Part shown: in pieces, positions 15,001 to 28,528 of the stretch | Layout of the letters: the number at the start of each line of letters is the position of its first letter | Numbering within the stretch: the first letter of the stretch is position 1 | Assembly: GCF_964355755.1 (NCBI RefSeq) | Contig: NC_092679.1 | Location: 8,710,201 to 8,774,200 of the forward strand | Source of the DNA: Antedon mediterranea | Lineage: Eukaryota; Animalia; Echinodermata | Length of the DNA stretch: 64,000 nt | Direction of reading: 5' to 3' | The notes under the pieces: generated by a model | Databases searched by the model: none | The model's input: only the letters and a program-made list of their open reading frames with translations | What the model was told of the DNA's origin: nothing | Position numbers and translations under genes: made by a program

Positions 15001-18000
15001 TTCTGTATACTTTGGTGTTTTTATGTTAACAAGTTTTTTCGAAAATCACAAAATGGTCTAAAACGTCTCCAAATGCGATTTGAAGCTATTCTGTACACTT
15101 TGATGTTTTTATATTAACAAGTTTTTTCGAAAATCACAAAATGGTCTAAAACGTTTCCAAATGCGATTTGAAGCTATTCTGTACACTTTGATGTTTTGTG
15201 TGAAAATTTTCTTTCGAAATGCTCAAAATGGTCAAAAACGTTTTTAAATACGATATTAAGCTACTTTGTGCTCTTTGATGTTTTTTTGTGAAATGTTTTA
15301 TCGAAATGCTCAAAATGGTCTAAAACGGTTTCTAATGTGATTTCAAGCCCTTTGATGTTTTTGTATAACCAAGTTTTTTCGAAAATCACAAAATGGTCTA
15401 AAACGTCTCCAAATGCGATTTGAAGCTATTCTGTACACTTTGATGTTTTTATGTTAACAAGTTTTTTCGAAAATCACAAAATGGTCTAAAACGTCTACAA
15501 ATGCGATTTGAAGCTATTCTGTACACTTTGATGTTTTTATGTTAACAAGTTTTTTCGAAAATCACAAAATGGTCTAAAACGTTTCCAAATGCGATTTGAA
15601 GCTATTCTGTACACTTTGATGTTTTGTGTGAAAATTTTCTGTCGAAATGCTCAAAATGGTCAAAAACGTTTTTAAATACGATATTAAGCTACTTTGTGCT
15701 CTTTGATGTTTTTTTGTGAAATGTTTTATCGAAATGCTCAAAATGGTCTAAAACGGTTTCTAATGTGATTTCAAGCACTTTGATGTTTTTGTGTAACCAA
15801 GTTTTTCGAAAATCACAAAATTGTCTAAAACGTCTCCAAATGCGATTTGAAGCTATTCGGTACACTTTGATGTTTTTATGTCAACAAGTTTTTCGAAAAT
15901 CACAAAATGGTCTAAAACGTCTCCAAATGCGATTTTAAGCTATTCTAAGCACTTTGGTGTTTTTATGTTAACAAGTTTTTTTGAAAATCACAAAATGGTC
16001 TAAAACGTCTCTAAATGCGATTTGAAGCTTTTCTGTACACTTTGATGTTTTTATGTTAACAACTTTTTTCGAAAATCAAAAAATGGTCTAAAATGTCTCC
16101 AAATGCGATTTGAAGCTATTCTAAGCACTTTGGTGTTTTTATGGAAACAATTTTTTTGGAAAATCACAAAATGGTCTAAAACGTCTCCAATAGCGATTTG
16201 AAGCTTTTCTGTACACTTTGGTGTTTTTATGTTAACAAGTTTTTTCGAAAATCACAAAATGGTCTAAAACGTCTCCAAATGCGATTTGAAGCTATTCTGT
16301 ACACTTTGATGTTTTTATGTTAGCTAGTTTTTTCGAAAATCACAAAATGGTCTAAAACGTCTACAAATGCGATTTGAAGCTATTCTGTACACTTTGATGT
16401 TTTTATGTTAACAAGTTTTTTCGAAAATCACAAAATGGTCTAAAACGTTTCCAAATGCGATTTGAAGCTATTCTGTACACTTTGATGTTTTGTGTGAAAA
16501 TTTTCTGTCGAAATGCTCAAAATCGTTTTTAAATACGATATTAAGCTACTTTGTGCTCTTTGATGTTTTTGTGTGAAATGTTTTATTGAAATGCTCAAAA
16601 TGGTCTAAAACGGTTTCTAATGTGATTTCAAGCACTTTGATGTTTTTGTATAACCAAGTTTTTCGAAAATCACAAAATTGTCTAAAACGTCTCCAAATGC
16701 GATTTGAAGCTATTCTGTACACTTTGATGTTTTTATGTTAACAAGTTTTTCGAAAATCACAAAATGGTCTAAAACGTCTCCAAATGCGATTTTAAGCTAT
16801 TCTAAGCACTTTGGTGTTTTTATGTTAACAAGTTTTTCGAAAATCACAAAATTGTCTAAAACGTCTCCAAATGCGATTTGAAGCTATTCTGTACACTTTG
16901 ATGTTTTTATGTTAACAAGTTTTTCGAAAATCACAAAATGGTCTAAAACGTCTCCAAATGCGATTTTAAGCTATTCTAAGCACTTTGGTGTTTTTATGTT
17001 AACAAGTTTTTTTGAAAATCACAAAATGGTCTAAAACGTCTCTAAATGCGATTTGAAGCTTTTCTGTACACTTTGATGTTTTTAAGTTAACAACTTTTTT
17101 CGAAAATCACAAAATGGTCTAAAATGTCTCCAAAATGCGATTTGAAGCTATTCTAAGCACTTTGGTGTTTTTATGGAAACAATTTTTTTCGAAAATCACA
17201 AAATGGTCTAAAACGTCTCCAATAGCGATTTGAAGCTTTTCTGTACACTTTGGTGTTTTTATGTTAACAAGTTTTTTCGAAAATCACAAAATGGTCTAAA
17301 ACGTCTCCAAATGCGATTTGAAGCTATTCTGTACACTTTGATGTTTTTATGTTAACAAGTTTTTTCGAAAATCACAAAATGGTCTAAAACGTCTAGAAAT
17401 GCGATTTGAAGCTATTCTGTACACTTTGATGTTTTTATGTTAAGTTTTTTTCGAAAATCACAAAATGGTCTAAAACGTTTCCAAATGCGATTTTAAGCTA
17501 TTCTGTACACTTTGATGTTTTGTATGAAAATTTTCTGTCGAAATGCTCAAAATGGTCAAAAACGTTTTTAAATACGATATTAAGCTACTTTGTGCTCTTT
17601 GATGATTTTGTCTGAAATGTTTTATCGAAATGCTCAAAATGGTCTAAAACGGTTTCTAATGTGATTTCAAGCACTTTGATGTTTTTGTGTAACCAAGTTT
17701 TTCGAAAAACACAAAATTGTCTAAAACGTCTCCAAATGCGATTTGAAGCTATTCTGTACACTTTGATGTTTTTATGTTAACAAGTTTTTTCGAAAATCAC
17801 AAAATGGTCTAAAACGTCTCCAAATGCGATTTGAAGCTATTCTGTACACTTTGATGTTTTTATGTTAACAAGTTTTTTCGAAAATCACAAAATGGTCTAA
17901 AACGTTTCCAAATGCGATTTGAAGCTATTCTGTACACTTTGATGTTTTGTGTGAAAATTTTCTGTCGAAATGCTCAAAATGGTCAAAAACGTTTTTAAAT

Positions 18001-21000
18001 ACGATATTAAGCTACTTTGTGCTCTTTGATGTTTTTGTATGAAATGTTTTATCGAAATGCTCAAAATGGTCTAAAACGGTTTCTAATAGTGATTTCAAGC
18101 ACTTTGATGTTTTTGTGTAACCAAGTTTTTCGAAAATCACAAAATTGTCTAAACGTCTCCAAATGCGATTTGAAGCTATTCTGTACACTTTGATGTTTTT
18201 ATGTTAACAAGTTTTTCGAAAATCACAAAATGGTCTAAAACGTCTCCAAATGCGATTTGAAGCTATTTTAAGCACTTAGGTGCTTTTGTGTAACCAAGTT
18301 TTTTCGAAAATCACAAAAGGGTCTAAAATGTCTCCAAATGTGATTTGAAGCTATTTTAAGCACTTTGGTGTTTTTGTGTTAACAAGTTTTTCGAAAATCA
18401 CAAAATTGTCTAAAACGTCTCCAAATGCGATTTGAAGCTATTCTGTACACTTTGATGTTTTTATGTTAACAAGTTTTTTAGAAAACCACAAAATGGTCTA
18501 AAATGTCTCCAAATGCGATTTGAAGCTATTCTAAACACTTTGGTGTTTTTATGTTAACATGTTTTTTCGAAAATCACAAAATGGTCTAAAACGTCTCCAA
18601 ATGCGATTTGAAGCTATTTTAAGCACTTTGGTGTTTTTGTGTTAACAAGTTTTTCGAAATGCTCAAAATGGTCTAAAACGTCTCCAAATGCGATTTGAAG
18701 CTATTCTAAGCACTTTGGTGTTTTTATGTTAACAAGTTTTTTCGAAAATCACAAAATAGTCTAAAACGTCTCCAAATGCGATTTGGAGCTATTCTGTACA
18801 CTTTGATGTTTTTATGTTAACAAGTTTTTTCGAAAATCACAAAATGGTCTAAAACGTTTCCAAATGCGATTTGAAGCTATTCTGTACACTTTGATGTTTT
18901 GTGTGAAAATTTTCTGTCGAAATGCTCAAAATGGTCAAAAACGTTTTTAAATACGATATTAAGCTACTTTGTGCTCTTTGATGTTTTTGTGTGAAATGTT
19001 TTATCGAAATGCTCAAAATGGTCTAAAACGGTTTCTAATGTGATTTCAAGAACTTTGATGTTTTTGTGTAACCAAGTTTTTCGAAAATCACAAAATTGTC
19101 TAAAACGTCTCCAAATGCGATTTGAAGCTATTCTGTACACTTTGATGTTTTTATGTTAACAAGTTTTTCGAAGATCACAAAATGGTCTAAAACGTCTCCA
19201 AATGAGATTTTAAGCTATTCTAAGCACTTTGGTGTTTTTATGTTAACAAGTTTTTTTGAAAATCACAAAATGGTCTAAAACGTCTCTAAATGCGATTTGA
19301 AGCTTTTCTGTACACTTTGATGTTTTTATGTTAACAACTTTTTTCGAAAATCACAAAATGGTCTAAAACGTCTCCAATAGCGATTTGAAGCTTTTCTGTA
19401 CACTTTGGTGTTTTTATGTTAACAAGTTTTTTTCGAAAATCACAAAATGGTCTAAAACGTCTCCAAATGCGATTTGAAGCTATTCTGTACACTTCGATGT
19501 TTTTATGTTAACAAGTTTTTTCGAAAATCACAAAATGGTCTAAAACGTCTACAAATGCGATTTGAAGCTATTCTAAGCACTTTTGTGTTTTTATGTTAAC
19601 AAGTTTTTTCGAAAATCACAAAATGGTCTAAAACGTCTGCAAATGCGATTTGAAGCTATTCTTAGCACATTGGTGTTTTTATTTAAACAAATTTTTTCGA
19701 AACTCACAAAATGGTCTAAAACGTCTCCAAATGCGATTTGAAGCTATTTTAAGCACTTTGGTGTTTTTGTGTTAACAAGTTTTTCTAAATGCTCAAAATG
19801 GTCTAAAACGTTTTTAAACACGATATTAAGCTATTTTGTGCTCTTTGATGTTTTTTTGTGAAAAGTTTTAGCGAAATGCTCAAAATGGTCTAAAACGATT
19901 TCTAATGTGATTTTAAGCACTTTGATGTTTTTATGTTAACTAGTTTTTTCGAAAATCAAAAATGGTCTAAAACGTCTCCAAATGTGATTTGAAGCTATTC
20001 TAAGAACTTTGGTGTTTTTATGTTAACAGTTTTTTCGAAAATCACAAAATGGTCTAAAACGTTTCCAAATGCGATTTGAAGCTATTCTGTACACTTTGAT
20101 GTTTTTATGGTAACAAGTTTTTTAGAAAATCACAAAATGGTCTAAAACATCTCCAAATGCGATTTAAAGCTATTTTAAGCACTTTTGTGTTTTTGTGTAA
20201 CCAAGTTTTTTCGAAAATCACAAAAGGGTCTAAAATGTCTCTAAATGCGATTTGAAGCTACTCTAAGCACTTTGGTGTTTTTATGTTAACAAGTTTTTTC
20301 GAAAATCAATAAATGGTCTAAAATTTCTCCAAATGCGATTTGAAGCTATTCTGTACACTTTGCTGTTTTGTGTGAAAAATGTTTGTCGAAATCCTCAAAA
20401 TGGTCAAAAACGTTTTTAAATACGATATTAAGCTATTTTGTGCTCTTTGATGTTTTTGTGTGAAAAGTTTTATCGAAATACTCAAAATGGTCTAAAACGG
20501 TTTCTAATGTGATTTTAAGCACTTTGATGTTTTTGTGTAACCAAGTTTTTTCGAAAATCACAAAATGGTCTAAAATGTCTCCAAATGCGATTTGAAGCTA
20601 TTCTAAGCACTTTGGTGTTTTTATGGAAACAATTTTTTTCGAAAATCACAAAATGGTCTAAAACGTCTCCAATAGCAATTTGAAGCTTTTCTGTACACTT
20701 TGGTGTTTTTATGTTAACAAGTTTTTTCGAAAATCACAAAATGGTCTAAAACGTCTCCCAATGCGATTTGAAGCTATTCTGTACACTTTGATGTTTTTAT
20801 GTTAACAAGTTTTTTATAAAATCACAAAATGGTCTAAAACGTCTCCAAATGCGATTTGAAGCTATTCTGTACACTTTGATGTTTTTATGTTAACAAGTTT
20901 TTTCGAAAATCACAAAATGGTCTAAAACGTCTCCAAATGCGATTTGAAGCTATTTTAAGCACTTTGGTGTTTTTGTGTTAACAAGTTTTTCGAAATGCTC

Positions 21001-24000
21001 AAAATGGTCTAAAACGTCTCCAAATGCGATTTGAAGCTATTCTAAGCACTTTGGTGTTTTTATGTTAACAAGTTTTTTCGAAAATCACAAAATGGTATAA
21101 AACGTCTCCAAATGCGATTTGAAGCTATTCTAAGCACTTTGGTGTTTTTATGTTAACAAGTTTTTTCGAAAATCACAAAATGGTCTAAAACGTTTCCAAA
21201 TGCGATTTGAAGCTATTCTGTACACTTTGATGTTTTGTGTGAAAATTTTCTTTCGAAATGCTCAAAATGGTCAAAAACGTTTTTAAATACGATATTAAGC
21301 TACTTTGTGCTCTTTGATGTTTTTGTGTGAAATGTTTTATCGAAATGCTCAAAATGGTCTAAAACGGTTTCTAATGTGATTTCAAGCACTTTGATGTTTT
21401 TGTGTAACCAAGTTTTTCGAAAATCACAAAATTGTCTAAAACGTCTCCAAATGCGATTTGAAGCTATTCTGTACACTTTGATGTTTTTATGTTAACAAGT
21501 TTTTCGAAAATCACAAAATGGTCTAAAACGTCTCCAAATGCGATTTTAAGCTATTCTAAGCACTTTGGTGTTTTTATGTTAACAAGTTTTTTTGAAAATC
21601 ACAAAATGGTCTAAAACGTCTCTAAATGCGATTTGAAGCTTTTCTGTACACTTTGATGTTTTTATGTTAACAACTTTTTTCGAAAATCACAAAATGGTCT
21701 AAAATGTCTCCAAATGCGATTTGAAGCTATTCTAAGCACTTTGGTGTTTTTATGGAAACAATTTTTTTCGAAAATCACAAAATGGTCTAAAACGTCTCCA
21801 ATAGCGATTTGAAGCTTTTCTGTACACTTTGGTGTTTTTATGTTAACAAGTTTTTTCGAAAATCACAAAATGGTCTAAAACGTCTACAAATGCGATTTGA
21901 AGCTATTCTTAGCACATTGGTGATTTTATTTAAACAAATTTTTTCGAAACTCACAAAATGGTCTAAAACGTCTCCAAATGCGATTGCAAGCTATTTTAAG
22001 CACTTTGGTATTTTTGTGTTAACAAGTTTTTCGAAATGCTCAAAATGGTCTAAAACGTTTTTAAACACGATATTAAGCTATTTTGTGCTCTTTGATTTTT
22101 TTTTGTGAAAAGTTTTAGCGAAATGCTCAAAATGGTCTAAAACGATTTCTAATGTGATTTTAAGGACTTTGATGTTTTTATGTTAACTAGTTTTTTCGAA
22201 AATCACAAAATGGTCTAAAACGTCTCCAAATGCGATTTGAAGCTATTTTAAGCACTTAGGTGCTTTTGTGTAACCAAGTTTTTTCGAAAATCACAAAAAG
22301 GTCTAAAATGTCTCCAAATGTGATTTGAAGCTATTTTAAGCACTTTGGTGTTTTTGTGTTAACAAGTTTTTCGAAAATCACAAAATTGTCTAAAACGTCT
22401 CCAAATGCGATTTGAAGCTATTCTGTACACTTTGATGTTTTTATGTTAACAAGTATTTTAGAAAATCACAAAATGGTCTATAATGTCTCTAAATGCGATT
22501 TGAAGCTATTCTAAGCACTTTGGTGTTTTTATGTTAACAAGTTTTTTTCGAAAATCACAAAATGGTCTAAAACGTCTCCAAATGCGATTTGAAGCTATTT
22601 TAAGCACTTTGGTGTTTTTGTGTTAACAAGTTTTTCGAAATGCTCAAAATGGTCTAAAACGTCTCCAAATGCGATTTGAAGCTATTCTAAGCACTTTGGT
22701 GTTTTTATGTTAACAAGTTTTTTCGAAAATCACAAAATGGTCTAAAACGTCTCCAAATGCGGTTTTAAGCTATTCTGTACACTTTGATGTTTTTATGTTA
22801 ACAAGTTTTTTCGAAAATCACAAAATGGTCTAAAACGTTTCCAAATGCGATTTGAAGCTATTCTGTACACTTTGATGTTTTGTGTGAAAATTTTCTGTCG
22901 AAATGCTCAAAATGGTCAAAAACGTTTTTAAATACGATATTAAGCTACTTTGTGCTCTTTGATGTTTTTGTGTGAAATGTTTTATCGAAATGCTCAAAAT
23001 GGTCTAAAACGGTTTCTAATGTGATTTCAAGCACTTTGATGTTTTTGTGTAACCAAGTTTTTCGAAAATCACAAAATTGTCTAAAACGTCTCCAAATGCG
23101 ATTTGAAGCTATTCTGTACACTTTGATGTTTTTATGTTAACAAGTTTTTTCGAAAATCACAAAATGGTCTAAAACGTCTCCAAATGCGATTTGAAGCTAT
23201 TCTGTACACTTTGATGTTTTTATGTTAACTAGTTTTTTCGAAAATCACAAAATGGTCTAAAACGTCTACAAATGCGATTTGAAGCTATTCTGTACACTTT
23301 GATGTTTTTATGTTAACAAGTTTTTTCGAAAATCACAAAATGGTCTAAAACGTTTCCAAATGCGATTTGAAGCTATTCTGTACACTTTGATGTTTTGTGT
23401 GAAAATTTTATGTCGAAATGCTCAAAATGGTCAAAAACGTTTTTAAATACGATATTAAGCTACTTTGTGCTCTTTGATGTTTTTGTGTGAAATGTTTTAT
23501 CGAAATGCTCAAAATGGTCTAAAACGGTTTCTAATGTGATTTCAAGCACTTTGATGTTTTTGTATAACCAAGTTTTTTCGAAAATCACAAAATGGTCTAA
23601 AACGTCTCCAAATGCGATTTGAAGCTATTCTGTACACTTTGATGTTTTTATGTTAACAAGTTTTTTCGAAAATCACAAAATGGTCTAAAACGTCTCCAAA
23701 TGCGATTTGAAGCTATTCTGTACACTTTGATGTTTTTATGTTAACAAGTTTTTTCGAAAATCACAAAATGGTCTAAAACGTTTCCAAATGCGATTTGAAG
23801 CTATTCTGTACACTTTGATGTTTTGTGTGAAAATTTTCTGTCGAAATGCTCAAAATGGTCAAAAACGTTTTTAAATACGATATTAAGCTACTTTGTGCTC
23901 TTTGATGTTTTTGTGTGAAATGTTTTATCGAAATGCTCAAAATGGTCTAAAACGGTTTCTAATGTGATTTCAAGCACTTTGATGTTTTTGTGTAACCAAG

Positions 24001-27000
24001 TTTTTCGAAAATCACAAAATTGTCTAAAACGTCTCCAAATGCGATTTGAAGCTATTCTGTACACTTTGATGTTTTTATGTTAACAAGTTTTTCGAAAATC
24101 ACAAAATGGTCTAAAACGTCTCCAAATGCGATTTTAAGCTATTCTAAGCACTTTGGTGTTTTTATGTTAACAAGTTTTTTTGAAAATCACAAAATGGTCT
24201 AAAACGTCTCTAAATGCGATTTGAAGCTTTTCTGTACACTTTGATGTTTTTATGTTAACAACTTTTTTCGAAAATCACAAAATGGTCTAAAATGTCTCCA
24301 AATTTTCTGTCGAAATCCTCAAAATGGTCAAAAACGTTTTTAAATACGATATTAAGCTATTTTGTGCTCTTTGATGTTTTTGTGCGAAAAGTTTTATCGA
24401 AATACTCAAAATGGTCTAAAACGGATTCTAATGTGATTTTAAGCACTTTGATGTTTTTGTGTAACCAAGTTTTTTCGAAAATCACAAAATGGTCTAAAAT
24501 GTCTCCAAATGCGATTTGAAGCTATTCTAAGCACTTTGGTGTTTTTATGGAAACAATTTTTTTCTAAAATCACAAAATGGTCTAAAACGTCTCCAATAGC
24601 AATTTGAAGCTTTTCTGTACACTTTGGTGTTTTTATGTTAACAAGTTTTTTCGAAAATCACAAAATGGTCTAAAACGTCTCCAAATGCGATTTGAAGCTA
24701 TTCTGTACACTTTGATGTTTTTATGTTAACAAGTTTTTTATAAAATCACAAAATGGTCTAAAACGTCTCCAAATGCGATTTGAAGCTATTCTGTACACTT
24801 TGATGTTTTTATGTTAACAAGTTTTTTCGAAAATCACAAAAGGGTCTAAAATGTCTCGAAATGCGATTTGAAGCTATTCTAAGCACTTTGGTGTTTTTAT
24901 GTTAACAAGTTTTTTCGAAAATCACAAAATGGTCTAAAACGTCTCCAAATGCGATTTGAAGCTATTCTAAGCACTTTGGTGTTTTTATGTTAACAAGTTT
25001 TTTCGAAAATCACAAAATGGTCTAAAACGTCTCCAAATGCGATTTGAAGCTATTTTAAGCACTTTGGTGCTTTTGTGTAACCAAGTTTTTTCGAAAATCA
25101 CGAAATGGTCTAAAACGTCTCCAAATGCGATTTGAAGCTATTCTAAGCACTTTGGTGTTTTTATGTTAACAAGTTTTTTCGAAAATCACAAAATGGTCTA
25201 AAACGTCTCCAAATGCGATTTGAAGCTATTCTGTACACTTTGATGTTTTTATGTTAACAAATTTTTTCAAAAATCACCAAATGGTCTAAAACGTCTACAA
25301 ATGCGATTTGAAGCTATTCTGTACACTTTGATGTTTTTATGTTAACAAGTTTTTCGAAATGCTCAAAATGGTCTAAAACGTCTCCAAATGCGATTTGAAG
25401 CTATTCTAAGCACTTTGGTGTTTTTATGGAAACAATTTTTTTCGAAAATCACAAAATGGTCTAAAACGTCTCCAATAGCGATTTGAAGCTTTTCTGTACA
25501 CTTTGGTGTTTTTATGTTAACAAGTTTTTTCGAAAATCACAAAATGGTCTAAAACGTCTCCAAATGCGATTTGAAGCTATTCTGTACACTTTGATGTTTT
25601 TATGTTAACAAGTTTTTTCGAAAATCACAAAATGGTCTAAAACGTCTAGAAATGCGATTTGAAGCTATTCTGTACACTTTGATGTTTTTATGTTAAGTTT
25701 TTTTGAAAATCACAAAATGGTCTAAAACGTTTCCAAATGCGATTTGAAGCTATTCTCTACACTTTGATGTTTTGTGTGAAAATTTTCTGTCGAAATGCTC
25801 AAAATGGTCAAAAACGTTTTTAAATACGATATTAAGCTACTTTGTGCTCTTTGATGTTTTTGTCTGAAATGTTTTATCGAAATGCTCAAAATGGTCTAAA
25901 ACGGTTTCTAATGTGATTTCAAGCACTTTGATGTTTTTGTGTTACCAAGTTTTTCGAAAAACACAAAATTGTCTAAAACGTCTCCAAATGCGATTTGAAG
26001 CTATTCTGTACACTTTGATGTTTTTATGTTAACAAGTTTTTCTAAAATCACAAAATGGTCTAAAACGTCTCCAAATGCGATTTTAAGCTATTCTAAGCAC
26101 TTTGGTGTTTTTATGTTAACAAGTTTTTTTGAAAATCACAAAATGGTCTAAAACGTCTTTAAATGCGATATGAAGCTTTTCTAAGCACTTTGGTGTTTTT
26201 ATGGAAACAATTTTTTTCGAAAATCACAAAATGGTCTAAAACGTCTCCAAATGTGATTTGAAGCTATTCTGTACACTTTGATGTTTTTATGCTAACAAGT
26301 TTTTTCGAAAATCACAAAATGGTCTAAAACGTCTACAAATGCGATTTGAAGCTAATCTGTACACTTTGATGTTTTTATGTTAACAAGTTTTTTCGAAAAT
26401 CACAAAATGGTCTAAAACGTTTCCAAATGCGATTTGAAGCTATTCTGTACACTTTGATGTTTTGTGTGAAAATTTTCTGTCGAAATGCTCAAAATGGTCA
26501 AAAACGTTTTTAAATACGATATTAAGCTACTTTGTGCTCTTTGATGTTTTTGTGTGAAATGTTTTATCGAAATGCTCAAAATGGTCTAAAACGGTTTCTA
26601 ATGTGATTTCAAGCACTTTGATGTTTTTGTGTAACCAAGTTTTTCGAAAATCACAAAATTGTCTAAAACGTCTCCAAATGCGATTTGAAGCTATTCTGTA
26701 CACTTTGGTGTTTTTATGTTAACAAGTTTTTTCGAAAATCACAAAATGGTCTAAAACGTCTCCAAATGCGATTTAAAGCTATTTTAAGCACTTTTGTGTT
26801 TTTGTGTAACCAAGTTTTTTCGAAAATCACAAAATGGTCTAAAACGTCTCCAAATGCGATTTGAAGCTATTCTAAGCACTTTGGTGTTTTTATGTTAACA
26901 AGTTTTTTGGAAAATCACAAAATGGTATAAAACGTCTCCAAATGCGATTTGAAGCTATTCTAAGCACTTTGGTGTTTTTATGTTAACAAGTTTTTTAGAA

Positions 27001-27903
27001 AATCACAAAATGGTCTAAAACGTCTCCAAATGCGATTTGAAGCTATTCTGTACACTTTGATGTTTTGTGTGAAAATTTTCTGTCGAAATGCTCAAAATGG
27101 TCAAAAACGTTTTTAAATACGATATTAAGCTACTTTGTGCTCTTTGATGTTTTTGTGTGAAATGTTTTATCGAAATGCTCAAAATGGTCTAAAATGGTTT
27201 CTAATGTGATTTCAAGCACTTTGATGTTTTTGTATAACCAAGTTTTTCGAAAATCACAAAATTGTCTAAAACGTCTCCAAATGCGATTTGAAGCTATTCT
27301 GTACACTTTGATGTTTTTATGTTAACAAGTTTTTCGAAAATCACAAAATGGTCTAAAACGTCTCCAAATGCGATTTTAAGCTATTCTAAGCACTTTGGTG
27401 TTTTTATGTTAACAAGTTTTTCGAAAATCACAAAATGGTCTAAAACGTCTCCAAATGCGATTTGAAGCTATTCAGTACACTTTGATGTTTTTATGTTAAC
27501 AAGTTTTTTCGAAAATCAAAAATGGTCTAAAACGTCTACAAATGCGATTTGAAGCTATTCTAAGCACTTTTGTGTTTTTATGTTAACAAGTTTTTTCGAA
27601 AATCACAAAATGGTCTAAAACGTCTGCAAATGCGATTTGAAGCTATTCTTAGCACATTGGTGTTTTTATTTAAACAAATTTTTTCGAAACTCACAAAATG
27701 GTCTAAAACGTCTCCAAATGCGATTTGAAGCTATTTTAAGCACTTTGGTGTTTTTGTGTTAACAAGTTTTTCGAAATGCTCAAAATGGTCTAAAACGTTT
27801 TTAAACACGATATTAAGCTATTTTGTGCTCTTTGATGTTTTTTTGTGAAAAGTTTTAGCGAAATGCTCAAAATGGTGTAAAACGATTTCTAATGTGATTT
27901 TAA
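1..27903 (+). repeat. 88-bp tandem satellite array, segment 1 (continues beyond window start)
   Basis: ATGGTCTAAAA recurs at 1, 89, 177, giving an 88-bp period. Recurrent shorter (about 77-87 bp) variant monomers occur. No unique sequence between units. Confidence 0.98.
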
Positions 27904-28528
27904 AGACCCCTTCCCTGCAATTTTGGACGTTTTTTGGAAAATAATACATATATATCACTTTAAAAACATTAAACCATGTCATTCCTTGTCTTAAATGTAC
28001 GTTTTATGGTAAATTATGATAAAAAGTGAGAAACAATGCACTACCTAAGTAGCTCGCGGCGATCGACCTCTCGTGGACGGTCTTAGGCCTAGCCTAGCTA
28101 GGCTTAGTTTTGTAGGCCTAGCTGGTAAACATCGATAACGTACGAACATCGTACGCTAGCTATATACCTAGCCTGACGTTGTATAGTTGCTGCATTAATT
28201 GTCTTTCTATTTTTGCCAGACTCCGTTGATACAAATTGGGGAAAACCCGGTATTTTCGCTGAAAAGTTAGGAGTCTTCCATTTGTTTTGGCTTCACGATC
28301 GATCGAAAGTGGGCGAATTACAGGTGAAAAACAAAAATATCAATCCGCCCGCAATGCATTTTGGGATTTATAGCGGGCCGCTATAATTATTAGAATCGAT
28401 TTATTTTTCACATTTTTAACCGTTTAAAGACGAAAAAAGTTATCGCAATATGACCATATAGTATTATTTTTACATTAAATATAGTTTGTGATCTTAAATT
28501 AGATCTAAAAAACGTAGGGAATGGGGCT
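27904..28528. mobile_element. 625-bp non-autonomous DNA transposon (MITE-like), Kolobok-like, copy 1
   Basis: TTAA on both sides (27900-27903, 28529-28532); removing the element and one TTAA restores satellite AATGTGATTTTAAGCACTTTG. Imperfect TIRs AGACCCCTTCCCTGCAATTTT vs reverse complement of the right end AGCCCCATTCCCTACGTTTTT (16/21). A TTAA TSD with RR...YY termini matches Kolobok rather than piggyBac (CC...GG). No ORF. Confidence 0.85.
28350..28374 (-). promoter_or_regulatory. ZNF143/Staf (SBS)-like motif inside the Kolobok-like element (second copy near 44648-44672)
   Basis: Minus strand reads GCTATAAATCCCAAAATGCATTGCG, resembling the composite ACTACA-nn-TCCCA-nn-ATGCA-yy-GCG site. It lies in a CpG-rich stretch. 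Motif match by eye only. Confidence 0.5.

Noticed and set aside
27904-28528. piggyBac assignment for the TTAA element
   Set aside because: Termini are AG...CT, not CC(C/T)...(A/G)GG; Kolobok fits better.
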